A DNA stretch of 64,000 nt from Eledone cirrhosa (lineage: Eukaryota). The notes under the pieces are model-generated. The model worked only from the letters and a program-made list of their open reading frames with translations. It ran no database searches and was not told the DNA's origin. Position 1 is the first letter of the stretch. Each line of letters starts with the position of its first letter. A program made the position numbers and the translations under genes. The stretch covers positions 37,696,001 through 37,760,000 of the forward strand of contig OZ024740.1 of the NCBI GenBank assembly GCA_964016885.1, written 5' to 3'. Below are positions 51,801 through 62,717 of the stretch, piece after piece.

Positions 51801-52475
51801 GAATGATTTCTACTATAGGCACAAGGCCAACAATTTGGGGGCGGGGGAAATCAATAAAATCAACCCAAGTGCATTACTGGTGCTTTATTTTACCAACTCC
51901 ATAAGGCAAAATTAATGTTGGCAGGATTTGAACTCAGAATGTAAAGGATGATAACTATGCTACATGGTGTCTGATGCTCTACCGATACTGTCAATCCATC
52001 ACCCTAGATACAGTTATAATGATAAATACTAATTATGTTGATATCATTGTGAAGGACATAATGATGAAAACATGGCCAGAAACATGATTGGCAGAGAACT
52101 TGCTGCAACAATAATTAGGAAAATTTAATTTTATGATAACGATGATGATGATGATCATTATCATCATCAGCTGTTTCTAGAACACAACTATCCTCTGCTC
52201 TATCAACTAAACTATCACAATATCTTAAATCAATGAGTCAGCATGTATGTAGTAGCTTGATCAGGTCAATTAAAAACACAAATCGCCTTTGATAAAATCT
52301 TGATAACATAACAACAACAACAGTAGCAGCAAAAATAATAACACAACAGTAATAACAACAACAGCAACAATAAGAACAACAGTAATAACAAGAACAACAG
52401 TAACACAACAGTAACACCAACAACACAACAAAAGCTAGATTGTCCACAAAATCTAAAATATGATATATATATATA

Positions 52476-52669
52476 TACCATATATACTCAAATATAAGCC
52501 GACCACCTCTTATTTTATGTCTGAGAAATGGGTAAAAATCCAAACCCAATTAATAAGCCGAGGCAGCTAATCAGCCCATTGTTTAGATAGCATATATAAG
52601 TCAAGCCCCTGCCATTTTACCATTGAGTTTTTGGTCACATATTTCTTGGCTTATATTCGCCAAATATAC
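52476..52669. mobile_element. Tc1/mariner-pogo-like MITE
   Basis: TACCATATATACTCAAATATAAGCCGA ... TTGGCTTATATTCGCCAAATATAC form imperfect TIRs next to a TA run. Confidence 0.6.
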
Positions 52670-53191
52670 ACCCCAACCCACTACCCCTACTCCATTCTCC
52701 CACCAACACCACCCTTTCTCTGTAAAGTTGGTACCACAACATCCAGTCCAAACTAATGAGATAATTGTTTCTACTTTGGCACAAGGCCAGCAATTACCCA
52801 AGTACATTACTGGTACTTTATTTTATCGACCCCGTAAGGATGAAAGGCAAAGTTAACCTCGACGGGATTTGAACTTAGACCGTAAAGGGACGTAACTGTG
52901 CTGGAAAGCATAGCGTCTGACTCTCTACCGAGATCGAGATGGTGTAGGTGTCACAACAAAAAAAACACAGTCCATGCTGTAATGTGGCCGTGTGGGGAAC
53001 ACGGAAAACAGTTCCCAGTCCACACTGTAAATGTGGTTGGTGTTAGGAAGGGCATCCAGCCCTAGAAAACCTGCCAGATAATCCTATACGAGTGAGACAC
53101 GGTCACCCGACCAATCTTGCCTCAAGTGGGACAACTCCTGTCTAACCCATGCTAGCGTGGAAGATAGATGTTAAACAATGGTGATGATGAT
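52670..53191 (+). mobile_element. RTE 3'UTR copy with a SINE inserted at ~52762-52935
   Basis: 3'UTR core motif and GAT tail; SINE body in the middle. Confidence 0.8.
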
Positions 53192-53204
53192 ACCCTATAC
53201 ATAT

Positions 53205-55420
53205 ATCATCACCTTATTTTCCATGCTTGCATGGGTTAGACGAGTCATCCATTTGGCCACATCTTACCTTACTCAAACAGGACTACTTCGGCTGGGTTTT
53301 TTTTACAGATGGATGCTCTTCTAACACCAACCATGCTGACAGTGTGAAACTGGGTAGTCTTGTTATGAGAGGGGTCTGACCAATTCCTGTTCATAAATCC
53401 ATAATTGGGAGCTGGGTGGACTCCTAATGAGGTAAGACTCTGGCTAGTTGGCTGTATTGAACCTTGCTCATAGCAGGGCCTGTGTTTTGCTGAGGATTTT
53501 TACAGCTGCTGGATGCCTTTCCTAATACCAACCACATTTACAGTGTGGGAATAGGTGGTCGTCATAATGAGGCAAGTCTGGCCAGATGGCCACACCGTAC
53601 CTTGGCTAGGTTTTTAGAGCTGTGGGATGCCCTTCCTAATACCAAACATGTTTACTGTGTAGGACTGGGTGGTCCCATATATGAGGCTAGTCTGGCCAGT
53701 TGGCTGCACCGTACCTTGCTTATACTGGATCGCGTTTCAGCTGCTCGATGTCCTTCCTAACACCAACTACGTTCAGTGTAGAACTGGGTGATCCCATTAT
53801 GGGGAGGGCATAGCAGGTTGGTCACGCCATACCTTGCTCATAACGGAACCATGCAACTAGGTGGTCCCATTATGAAGTAGGTCTGGCCAGTGGGCTATGC
53901 CGTATTCTGCTTATAGTGGGACCTGTAATTTGGCTGGGATTTTTGTTTGCTAGATGCCTTTGCTAACACCAACCTCATTTACAGAGTGTGACTTAGGCGG
54001 CAAGTCTGGCCAGTTGGCATACCGTATCTTGTTCATATGGGACTGTGTCTTGCCTGGCTTTTTACAGCTGCTGGATGTCTTACAGCAATCACGTTTACAG
54101 TGTAGAATTTCGTGTTCCCATTATGGGGCAGGTCTTGCCAGTTGGCTGTAGTATACCTTGCTCATACGGGACCATGTTTTGGCTGGGGTTTTACAGCTGC
54201 TAGAATGCCCTTCCCAACACCAACCATGTTTACAGTGTGGGACTGAGTGGTCCCACTTATGAGGCTAATCTGGCCAGTTGGCCACGCCATACCCTGCTCA
54301 TAGTGGAATCATATTATGGGAGATGGGTGGGCATATTTTGAGGGAGGTCTGGCCTGTTGGCTGCTCTAGGACCGTGTTTTGGAAGAGATTTCATGACTGC
54401 TGGATCCCCTTCTTAAGCGCAAGCCATGTTTACGGTGTGTACTAGACTGGGTTGCTGATTCAGGTCTTCTGTCGTACATTGTAGAGGCAGAGATCTTGGT
54501 CCTGTGTTATCTCCAAGAGGTTCAGCTCTGCCAGGTCAGCCTTTATCATTTCATCCCATGTCTTCTAAGGTCTTCTCTACAACATCGAGTGTCCTGCACC
54601 TTTTTAAACAGCTGTCATCCTTCATGCACATACCCATACCAGTATTTGATCCCTGGTAAGTCCAGTTTTGCTCTCAATTCATTTATGCACACTACTGTTA
54701 CACATCCATCAGAGCATGCAGGCTTCATTTCTTTCTAATCTATGTAGTTCCTCAGCACACAGTGCCCAGGTTTCACCTCCATGTAATATTGCTGTTCACA
54801 CACAAGCATCATACAGCTTGCTTTTTATCTTGAGTGAGAAACCTTTTGTAGCTAGTAACGACAGCAGCTCCATGAAATATTTCTATCCCGTCCTTACTTT
54901 GGCAACTGTAGCTTCTGCACAGCCACCATCGCCCAAGTAACAGAAGCTATTGACTATTTCTATGTGGTCCTCAGTGCATCTTATTTCCTGAGGGTTTTTT
55001 CTTACTGCTCCTGTGCAATGTCCACATATGATGTTCTTTGCTAGCCTGCCTCATTGCCATCACACCTCTTGTGTACCCATGATTTGCATTTGTGACACAG
55101 GATTGGGTTTCTACCTACTCCTTTCCTGCATACAGAGCAGGGCAATTTCCCTGAGGGGATCAGAGCCATTTTCTTTTCTGCTCACTAGGATTTTGGTCTT
55201 TGCCAGGTTGACTTTATTTCCAAACTCTGCCTCCATGTCTGAAATTTCTTCTCTAATCCTGTCATAGATTTAACTATGAGAGTCAGGTTGTCAGCGTATA
55301 GGAGTTCCCATTGGCAACCAGCCATAATTCCTCTGTTATAGGCTGTAGCACAATAATGAACATGAGGGAACTAAGAACAGAGCCCTGGTGGACCCCCACT
55401 TGCACACTGAATTCTTCACT
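53205..55420 (-). mobile_element. Older PHD-RTE copy whose 3'UTR is expanded into ~9 degenerate ~110-130-bp tandem units
   Basis: 54460-55420 is antisense-homologous to ~58470-59540 (VGVHQGSVLS, WELLYADNL, PHD remnant). 53290-54450 repeats TTTACAGCTGCTGGATGCCCTTCCTAACACCAACCA..TTTACAGTGTG. Confidence 0.85.
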
Positions 55421-55959
55421 ATATATAAACATATATCAGGTGTTGGACATGTATGAACACAAGATAACACAATATAATAATACAACATATCATTTAACAT
55501 CCCCTTTCCCAGCTAGCAAGAGTTTACAGTAATATTGATTAGTTTACCAAGGTACAAGACCAGTTTTCCAAAGAACAAAGTAATTCAAGCACATTAATGC
55601 TTATTTTATCAACTTCACAAGTTGACAGCTAAAGCCAACCCTTGCTGTATGCCTAAACACAAAATTTAGAGCTAACAGAAGTAAAAACTAGAACCTTATG
55701 TTTCAATCTCTGCCAACACACCACCTTATAATGCAACAATATTTACCATTTTGTTACCATATTTCTAATCAAATACTTTATATTTTAATTAATTAATGAA
55801 GAATTTACTGAAATTATAATTTCATTAAGATAGTATTTGTAATGTAAAATGTTTATGATATGATGAGCAAATTAGGTAGACTTCATCTAGTTTTCTAGTT
55901 GTTAAAACTACTAATTAATCAACATTCATTGTAAATATAAATCTGTGATAAATATTTCA

Positions 55960-56150
55960 GTAGTCGTCGTCTTCTTCGCCCACTTATACCTGAGAGCGTT
56001 GTGGGGGCAGAGTCCTCAAACAGTCCTTCCAGCGGGTCCTGTCAGAAGCAACTGTCTCCAACTGATCCGGCTGGATCCCTCCAAGCATGACCAACCAAGC
56101 TCATGGATATTATCCAACCATCTTGCTGTGATCTCTCAATTCAAAGAAGT
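55960..56150 (-). mobile_element. 3' tip of another LINE (RTE-like)
   Basis: RWLDNIHE and ASDRTRWKD motifs with a (GAA/GAC) tail. Confidence 0.55.
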
Positions 56151-56303
56151 AGCGGCTCTACCTGGAGCATAACTATCAGTACCTATGTACAAAATGTAAA
56201 GCTATATCACTAGTAAAGATATTAGTGACTATGTACAAAATGTAAAGCTATATCGGTAGTGAATATATCAGTAGCTATGTATAAAATATAAATAAATCTT
56301 TAC

Positions 56304-56397
56304 TTTTGAATATTATCGAAAGAATTTCCACATCCTTTTCTTGGAATGAATCCATAAACAGCCTGGTGAGGTCAAACAACAGAGTGGAATGGAATAT
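56304..56397 (-). CDS. NOM1: NOM1 exon (IFHSTLLFDLTRLFMDSFQEKDVEILSIIFK), MIF4G domain
   Basis: 94 bp, TTTCCAG/GTAAAG, phase 0/1; resembles LLIFDILKKLIGTFTEKDIELILLMLK. Confidence 0.93.
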
Positions 56398-57284
56398 CTG
56401 GAAATATAAGTATAATATTATGCTAAAATATATTTAGAATGAGTAATGTTACAATACAGTTTGTCTTTAACCCTTTCCATTACCATATTTCAAATCAAAG
56501 ACACTGCCTGTGTAATCCTTTTGTTACTATATTTCTAATGAAAGACACTGCTTATGTCTTTAACCTTATCCAGCCGTAGAAAACCTGCCAGATAGTCCTA
56601 TATGAACAAGACAACCAATCTTGCCTCAAGTGGGACAATCCCCGTCTAAACCCATGCTAGCGTGGAAGATAGACATTAAACGATGATGATGATGATGTTA
56701 CCTTATCTCTAATCAAAGACAACACTACTTATATCCTTAATCTTTTCATTATAAGTTTTTAACCCTTCCATTACCATCTAAACTAAAATAAAGTAAGGAG
56801 TGCGGGACTGCATACGGTTTATTTCTTTTAATCCAGTTAGTAAAATAAGTTGGATTTCTTTCAATAAATAATGAATATTACATAATTAATCTACTACATT
56901 TCGTAGCTGTTGATTAAATATATTTTATAGCTTATTTAAAGATTCACTTCTTTAAAATTTTCAAATGTCAACACTTCCGGTTAGCGATCGTTTAAATAAA
57001 CATATATTTCCATCACTAATGTTCTCCTAATGCAGTTTATATATAATATCGTCTTTTTTTAATGTATCATGGATTACGTTACTGATTACATAAGAGAGTG
57101 AAACAGTCTTCGTTCAATTTCTGTGTATATTGTCAATTACGATTTTATTTGATGTATCATATCTACATGTATGCATACTGTGTATAATATCAATATGCAC
57201 ACTACACAATGATGAAAGATATTGCCTGTAGTTTTCAAATCATTTTGAAAATAATCAAGAATTTAGAGGGACTTGGTAATATAA

Positions 57285-59555
57285 ATGTTTTCATTGAGAA
57301 AAATATGGAAGCTAAAGGACCCCACAGCCAAAAATAAATTCCAAAGCATATTACTTGATGCTTTCGACAGTAAGGAAGAGCAAATAGAGTCGTACAAGGT
57401 AGAGGAACAGTGGGAATTCCTGAAAGCAAACCTGCTGACGGCGACAGACGAAGTCTGTGGCTGGAGCAGGCCTGTAGGCAGGAGGAGAGTAACATGGTGG
57501 TGGAACAGTAAGGTGGAGGGGTCAATTAAGGCCAAAAAGCAGGCTTGGAAAGTATGGCGGGATGGGGGAAGCAGAGAAGACTATCAAGTGGCCAGGAGGG
57601 AAGCTAGGAGACAAGTGTACTTCGCAAGAAGGGAAGCAGAGGAAAGAAAGTTCAAGCATGTTCTACAACGTGAGGACCAAAAACGTGAGGTGTTCAGGAT
57701 TGCTAGGCAATTTGTCAAGGAAAACAGTGATATTGTCGGGGAGAAGTGTGTACTTAACGATGACGGCGTACTTGCCATCACCGACGCCGATAAGAAGGTA
57801 GCTTGGAAGTGTCACTATGAAAGGCTACTAAATGAGGAGAATAAATGGGAGAAAGACAGTCTCCCCCACATCGACCCAATAGAGGGACCAGCAGTGTTAG
57901 TCGAGGGTAGTATAATAAGTAAGGCAATCAAAGATATGAAGACAGGCAAGGCGGCTGGGCCTTCGGAAATAGTTGCCGAGATGCTGAAGGCATCTGGTAC
58001 GGTGGGACACACCATGGTCACCCGGATAGTCAACCAAGTCATACAGAATGGGGTTGTTCCGAAGGACTGGCGTAGCAGCATTATCGTTAACTGTTATAAG
58101 GGTAAAGGAGATGCCCTAGATAGGAGTAACTATAGAGGCATTAAATTAATCGACCAGGTCATGAAGGTCACGGAAAAAGTAATAGCGCAACTAATCAGAG
58201 AGCGAATTGATCTAGATGAAATGCAGTTCGGGTTTGTGTCAGGAAAAAGTACCACAGACGCTCTTTTCATTGTACGACAACTACAGGAGAAGTACCTAGC
58301 TAAAAGTAAACCCCTATACTTAGCTTTCGTCGACTTGGAGAAGGCCTTCGACAGAGTCCCCCGTTCCATTATCTGGTGGGCTCTTAGAAAACTAGGTGCT
58401 GATGAATGGCTTGTGAGAGCTATACAAGCCATGTATAAAGAAACAGTCAGCAAGGTTAGAATTAACAACGAATATAGTGAAGAGTTTAGTGTAAAAGTTG
58501 GTGTTCATCAGGGCTCTGTTCTTAGCCCCCTACTATTTATTATTGCCCTCCAGGCTATAACAGTGGAGTTCAAGACCGGCTGCCCATGGGAACTCCTATA
58601 CGCAGATGATCTAACGCTCATAGCTGAATCAATGGCCGAGCTAGAGAAGAAATTCCAAACATGGAAGCACGGCCTAGAATCAAAAGGCCTTAAAATTAAC
58701 CTGGCTAAGACTAAAGTTCTAGTTTGTAAGAAAGAAAATAAGGCGGCGGTCCCCTCTGGGAAGTGGCCATGCGCAGAGTGTAGGAAAGGCGTAGGTAGAA
58801 ATTCCATTTTGTGTCCCAAATGCAAAGTTTGGGTTCATAAAAGATGTAGTGGGATCACAGGTAAGCTAACTAAGAACAGAGATTTTACATGTGGCCGGTG
58901 TTCTGGGGCAATAAGTAGCAGCAAGTGCCCACAAAATACTAGCTCTTTCAACTGCGCAGAGGGTTCTATAGAAATAGTGGACAGCTTCCGTTACCTGGGT
59001 GACAAAATCAGCAGTGGGGGAGGGTGCTCTGAAAGTACAGTAGCTAGAGTCAGAACTGGGTGGAAAAAGTTCAGAGAGCTTATACCACTATTAGCCGCTA
59101 AAGGGTTCTCCCTAAAAATGAAAGGCAGGTTGTACGATGCCTGCATACGAACAGCAATGTTGCATGGCAGTGAGACCTGGGCATTGTGTGCAGAGGATAT
59201 ACGCAGACTAGAGAGAAACGAAGCTTGCATGCTCCGCTGGATGTGTAATAGTAATATACGTGAACGACAAAGCATAAACGAACTAAGGAAAAAATTAGAA
59301 ATAAGAGGGATCAGATGTTGTTTACTAGAGAGAAGGCTACGTTGGTATGGTCACGTGATGCGCATGAAGGACGATAGCTGTATAACAAAGTGCAGGGCAA
59401 TAAAGATAGACGGTAGCCACGGAATAGGCAGACCCAGAAAAACCTGGGACGAGCTGATAAACTCCGACCTCACACACTTACACCTCACCAAGACAATGTC
59501 ACTGGACCGAGACCTTTGGCGGTACTCAGTAATAGAGAAGACCCGCCTTACCTAA
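57285..59555 (+). CDS. RTE LINE ORF (reverse transcriptase with embedded PHD finger), lacking the N-terminal endonuclease
   Basis: NYRGIKL, QFGFVSGKSTTDA, FVDLEKAFD, GVHQGSVLSP, YADD, then a C4HC3 finger, FRYLG, RLRWYGHV, GRPRKTW. The first few codons are flanking MITE sequence, so the listed ATG is not the native start. Confidence 0.93.
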   Translation: MFSLRKIWKLKDPTAKNKFQSILLDAFDSKEEQIESYKVEEQWEFLKANLLTATDEVCGWSRPVGRRRVTWWWNSKVEGSIKAKKQAWKVWRDGGSREDYQVARREARRQVYFARREAEERKFKHVLQREDQKREVFRIARQFVKENSDIVGEKCVLNDDGVLAITDADKKVAWKCHYERLLNEENKWEKDSLPHIDPIEGPAVLVEGSIISKAIKDMKTGKAAGPSEIVAEMLKASGTVGHTMVTRIVNQVIQNGVVPKDWRSSIIVNCYKGKGDALDRSNYRGIKLIDQVMKVTEKVIAQLIRERIDLDEMQFGFVSGKSTTDALFIVRQLQEKYLAKSKPLYLAFVDLEKAFDRVPRSIIWWALRKLGADEWLVRAIQAMYKETVSKVRINNEYSEEFSVKVGVHQGSVLSPLLFIIALQAITVEFKTGCPWELLYADDLTLIAESMAELEKKFQTWKHGLESKGLKINLAKTKVLVCKKENKAAVPSGKWPCAECRKGVGRNSILCPKCKVWVHKRCSGITGKLTKNRDFTCGRCSGAISSSKCPQNTSSFNCAEGSIEIVDSFRYLGDKISSGGGCSESTVARVRTGWKKFRELIPLLAAKGFSLKMKGRLYDACIRTAMLHGSETWALCAEDIRRLERNEACMLRWMCNSNIRERQSINELRKKLEIRGIRCCLLERRLRWYGHVMRMKDDSCITKCRAIKIDGSHGIGRPRKTWDELINSDLTHLHLTKTMSLDRDLWRYSVIEKTRLT

Positions 59556-59943
59556 ATACAAAGTAAAACCTACTACAGTCAGTAGGCATCTCTAACAAAA
59601 TACACCCCCGTCCCACCACCCCCACCCCATCCACACCGCCCCCTTCTATGTAAAGTTATGTTGGTGCCACACCATCCAGGCCGAAACAAATGAGATCGTG
59701 TAGGTGTCACAACAAAAAAACACACAGTCCACGCTGTAATGTGGCCGTGTAGGCAACACGGTAAAAACCTCCCAGACCCACACTGTAAATGTGGTTGGTG
59801 TTAGGAAGGGCATCCAACTGTAGAAAACCTGCCAGACAGTCCTATGCGAGCAAGACAATCACTCTTGCCTCAAGTGGGAAAACCCCCGTCCAAACCCATG
59901 CAAGCGTGGAACACGGACGTTAAACGTTGATGATGATGATGAT
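57296..59943 (+). mobile_element. Young 5'-truncated RTE-clade LINE in a NOM1 intron (antisense)
   Basis: Uninterrupted ORF to 59555, 3'UTR and (GAT)n tail; inserted inside a MITE whose unbroken relative is at ~62740-62946. Confidence 0.96.
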
Positions 59944-61893
59944 ATCAAGCTGATGTTTGGAGCATAACTTAACAAAGGCTTTTACACAAAATTATGATGG
60001 AAGGTTTTTCATTAAATCCAAATACTTTAAAATAAATAGTTTTGTATCATAGAACAAAGGGTCAGTTTCAGGTAGTTTGGTATCAAAGGGGTTAAAGTAA
60101 AAAAATATATATATATATATATTACGGAACAATGAAAACTTGTAATCGAGAAATAGTAAATGAAAATTAAGGACATAAAATATTTCATGATTAAGTAGCT
60201 AAAATAATGAATATTACACATTTATATAGTTAATATAATTGTTTCTACTTTTTGGCACAAGGCCAGCAATTATCCCAGTGCATTACTGGTACTTTATTTT
60301 ATCGACCGCATAAGGATGAAAGGCAAAATTAACCTCAGCAGGATTTCAACTCAGACCATAAAGGGACGTAACTCTTTGCTGCAAAGCATGGCGTCAGACC
60401 CTCTACCGATACTGCCAATTCACTGAATACATTATCATCATCAATTAAGATGTTTTTCATGCTGGCATGGGTTAGATGGGTTGATACGGACCAAGTCAGT
60501 ACCTAATCAGAGCTAATATCTTCCTAGACGGACACTAGGGGAGGGAGACACATTTCTCTTACATATACTTCAGCTTTGAGATTGCCCTTTCTAACACCAA
60601 CCACTTTATAGGTCTTACTTACAGAATAAAATATATAATTGTTTCTACTATTAGCACAAGGCTAGCAATTACCCAGTACATTAGTGGTACTTTATTTTAT
60701 CGACCCCATAAGGATGAAATATATGACACTGTATAATAGTTTTGAATAATGATGTCAACACATCACATCATTGCAATAGATGTTAATCATGCTGTCATCA
60801 CATCACATCATCGCTCCCAGTAGTTTTGCTGCTTTATTGCCCATCCATGTCTATAAGTAAAACTATTTCTCTCTGAATATTTTATCCTTGAAAACTTTAA
60901 CAAAAGAAATGTTGTTACAGTGAAGCTCAGCAATGTCTTCTTCCATGACTGACATATGAACATCTATTATAGTCTGTGTTGATGAACTTCTCTCCCTCTC
61001 TCTTATTCATACACTATATCAACTTTATGTACTTTAAGGCTCATTTATGTCTCATCTTTCTTTATATTATTGTCCTATTTTCTGTCATACTTCTCTGTTA
61101 TATCATTATATAATACAATTAATATTACAAACATATAACACTAAACAAATGTAATTTACTAGGTACAAAAATGGAAGGAGTTTTAATAAAATTTAACTCA
61201 CCTTTAAATTATACATACAACAAATAATTATATCATTTTTTAAAATAATTGAACCAACCTTTACATTAACCATAACAGAACAAATACTTATACTACATTA
61301 ACCCTTTAAATACTGTAACCATTTACATTACTCTATATATACTATTGTATTTTCACAGTAAAGGCTTTACCTCACACAATATTGAATCTATAAGATTTTG
61401 TTATTATTTATTTTGAGAACAATACCTTAAATGCAGTATGAGGGGCCAGTTATGGCCGGTTTGAACAGAAAGAGCTGAGAGAATTCTGGCTGGATATGGC
61501 CGGTTTAAAAGCTAGAGGGTTAATAAAACTGAATAAACCTTTAAATTATTCTTACAACATAAATTATATTGATTTAGTAAAACGAAAAAAACAACCTCCA
61601 TCAAGTCCACTCCATATGTTAACCCTTTACCATTTACATTACTCTATATTTACTATTGTATTTTTGTGGTTAAAGGCTTTTCCTCACATAATATCGAATC
61701 TATGAGATTTTGATATTATTTATTTTGAGAACAATACCTTAACATTGGTATGAGTGGCCTGTTATGGCTGGTTTGAACAGAAAGAGGTGAGAAAATTCTG
61801 GCCAGTTTAAACAGTGATGATGATGGTGAACCCACCTTTAAATTATACATACAGCATAAAGTAATTATATTGTTTTAATAAAACCAAACCCAC

Positions 61894-62006
61894 CTTTAAA
61901 TTATACATACAACACAACAACGTAATTATATTATTCAGCTCTTTGCCTCCCTTCTTTTTGCGGTAGACATACATCTTTTCGATTAAATGTTGAATTATAT
62001 AAGCAC
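61894..62006 (-). CDS. NOM1: NOM1 exon (GAYIIQHLIEK...GKELNNIITLLCCMYNLK), MIF4G domain; earlier exons appear to lie beyond the window
   Basis: 113 bp, TTGTAG/GTGGG, phase 1/0; resembles GAHFLEAVVRK..GKECDNLFTVIAHLYNFH. Confidence 0.9.
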
Positions 62007-62286
62007 CTACAAGTAAAATAGATATTGAGTTGTTAGATGTAAAGGGGAACATAGATCATTAGATAAATAAAATAATTATGATATAGCTAAAGATATGCTG
62101 CTTTGTCTAATACATTACCACTGGTTTTATTCAAATTTATAGTAACTTTAAGAGAAGTTGTGACTACAAAAATTTAATTCAAACAAATAGAGCATTAATC
62201 ACATTACTCTTTAAAATGTTTGGTTAAGCATGATTAGATTTTCCAGCAATGTTGAAAATAGGTGAAATCACCAGCAAATTAATTAT

Positions 62287-62717
62287 CTGACTAGTAAATA
62301 GATGGATCTATACAAGGTGACTAGTAAATAGAAGGATTTATACAAGGTGACTAGTAAATAGATGGATCTATACAATGTGACTAGTAACTAGATGGATTTA
62401 TACAATGTGACAACTAAACAAATGGATCTATACTAGATGACAAGTAAATAGAAGGATCTATACAAGGTGACTAGTAAATAGATGGATTTATACAAGGTGA
62501 CTAGTAAATAGATGGATTTATACAAGGTGACTAGTAAATAGATGGATCTATGCAATGTGACTAATAAATAGATGGATTTATACAATGTGACTAATAAATA
62601 GATGGATCTATACAATATGACTAGTAAATAGATGGATCTATACAATGTGACTAATAAATAGATGGATTTATATGTGACTAGTAAATAGATGGATTTATAC
62701 AAGACTAATAAATAGAT
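62287..62717. repeat. 30-bp intronic minisatellite (~14 copies)
   Basis: Unit TGACTAGTAAATAGATGGATCTATACAAGG. Confidence 0.96.

Noticed and set aside
47989-51822. ORFs of 77-257 aa in the 60-bp and 48-bp arrays (also 62433-62702)
   Set aside because: They are tandem-repeat translations; 44/46/48-bp unit variants shift frame freely, so no coding constraint is apparent.
57562-59275. Overlapping and antisense ORFs within the RTE ORF
   Set aside because: Shadow frames of the RT coding sequence with no independent motifs.
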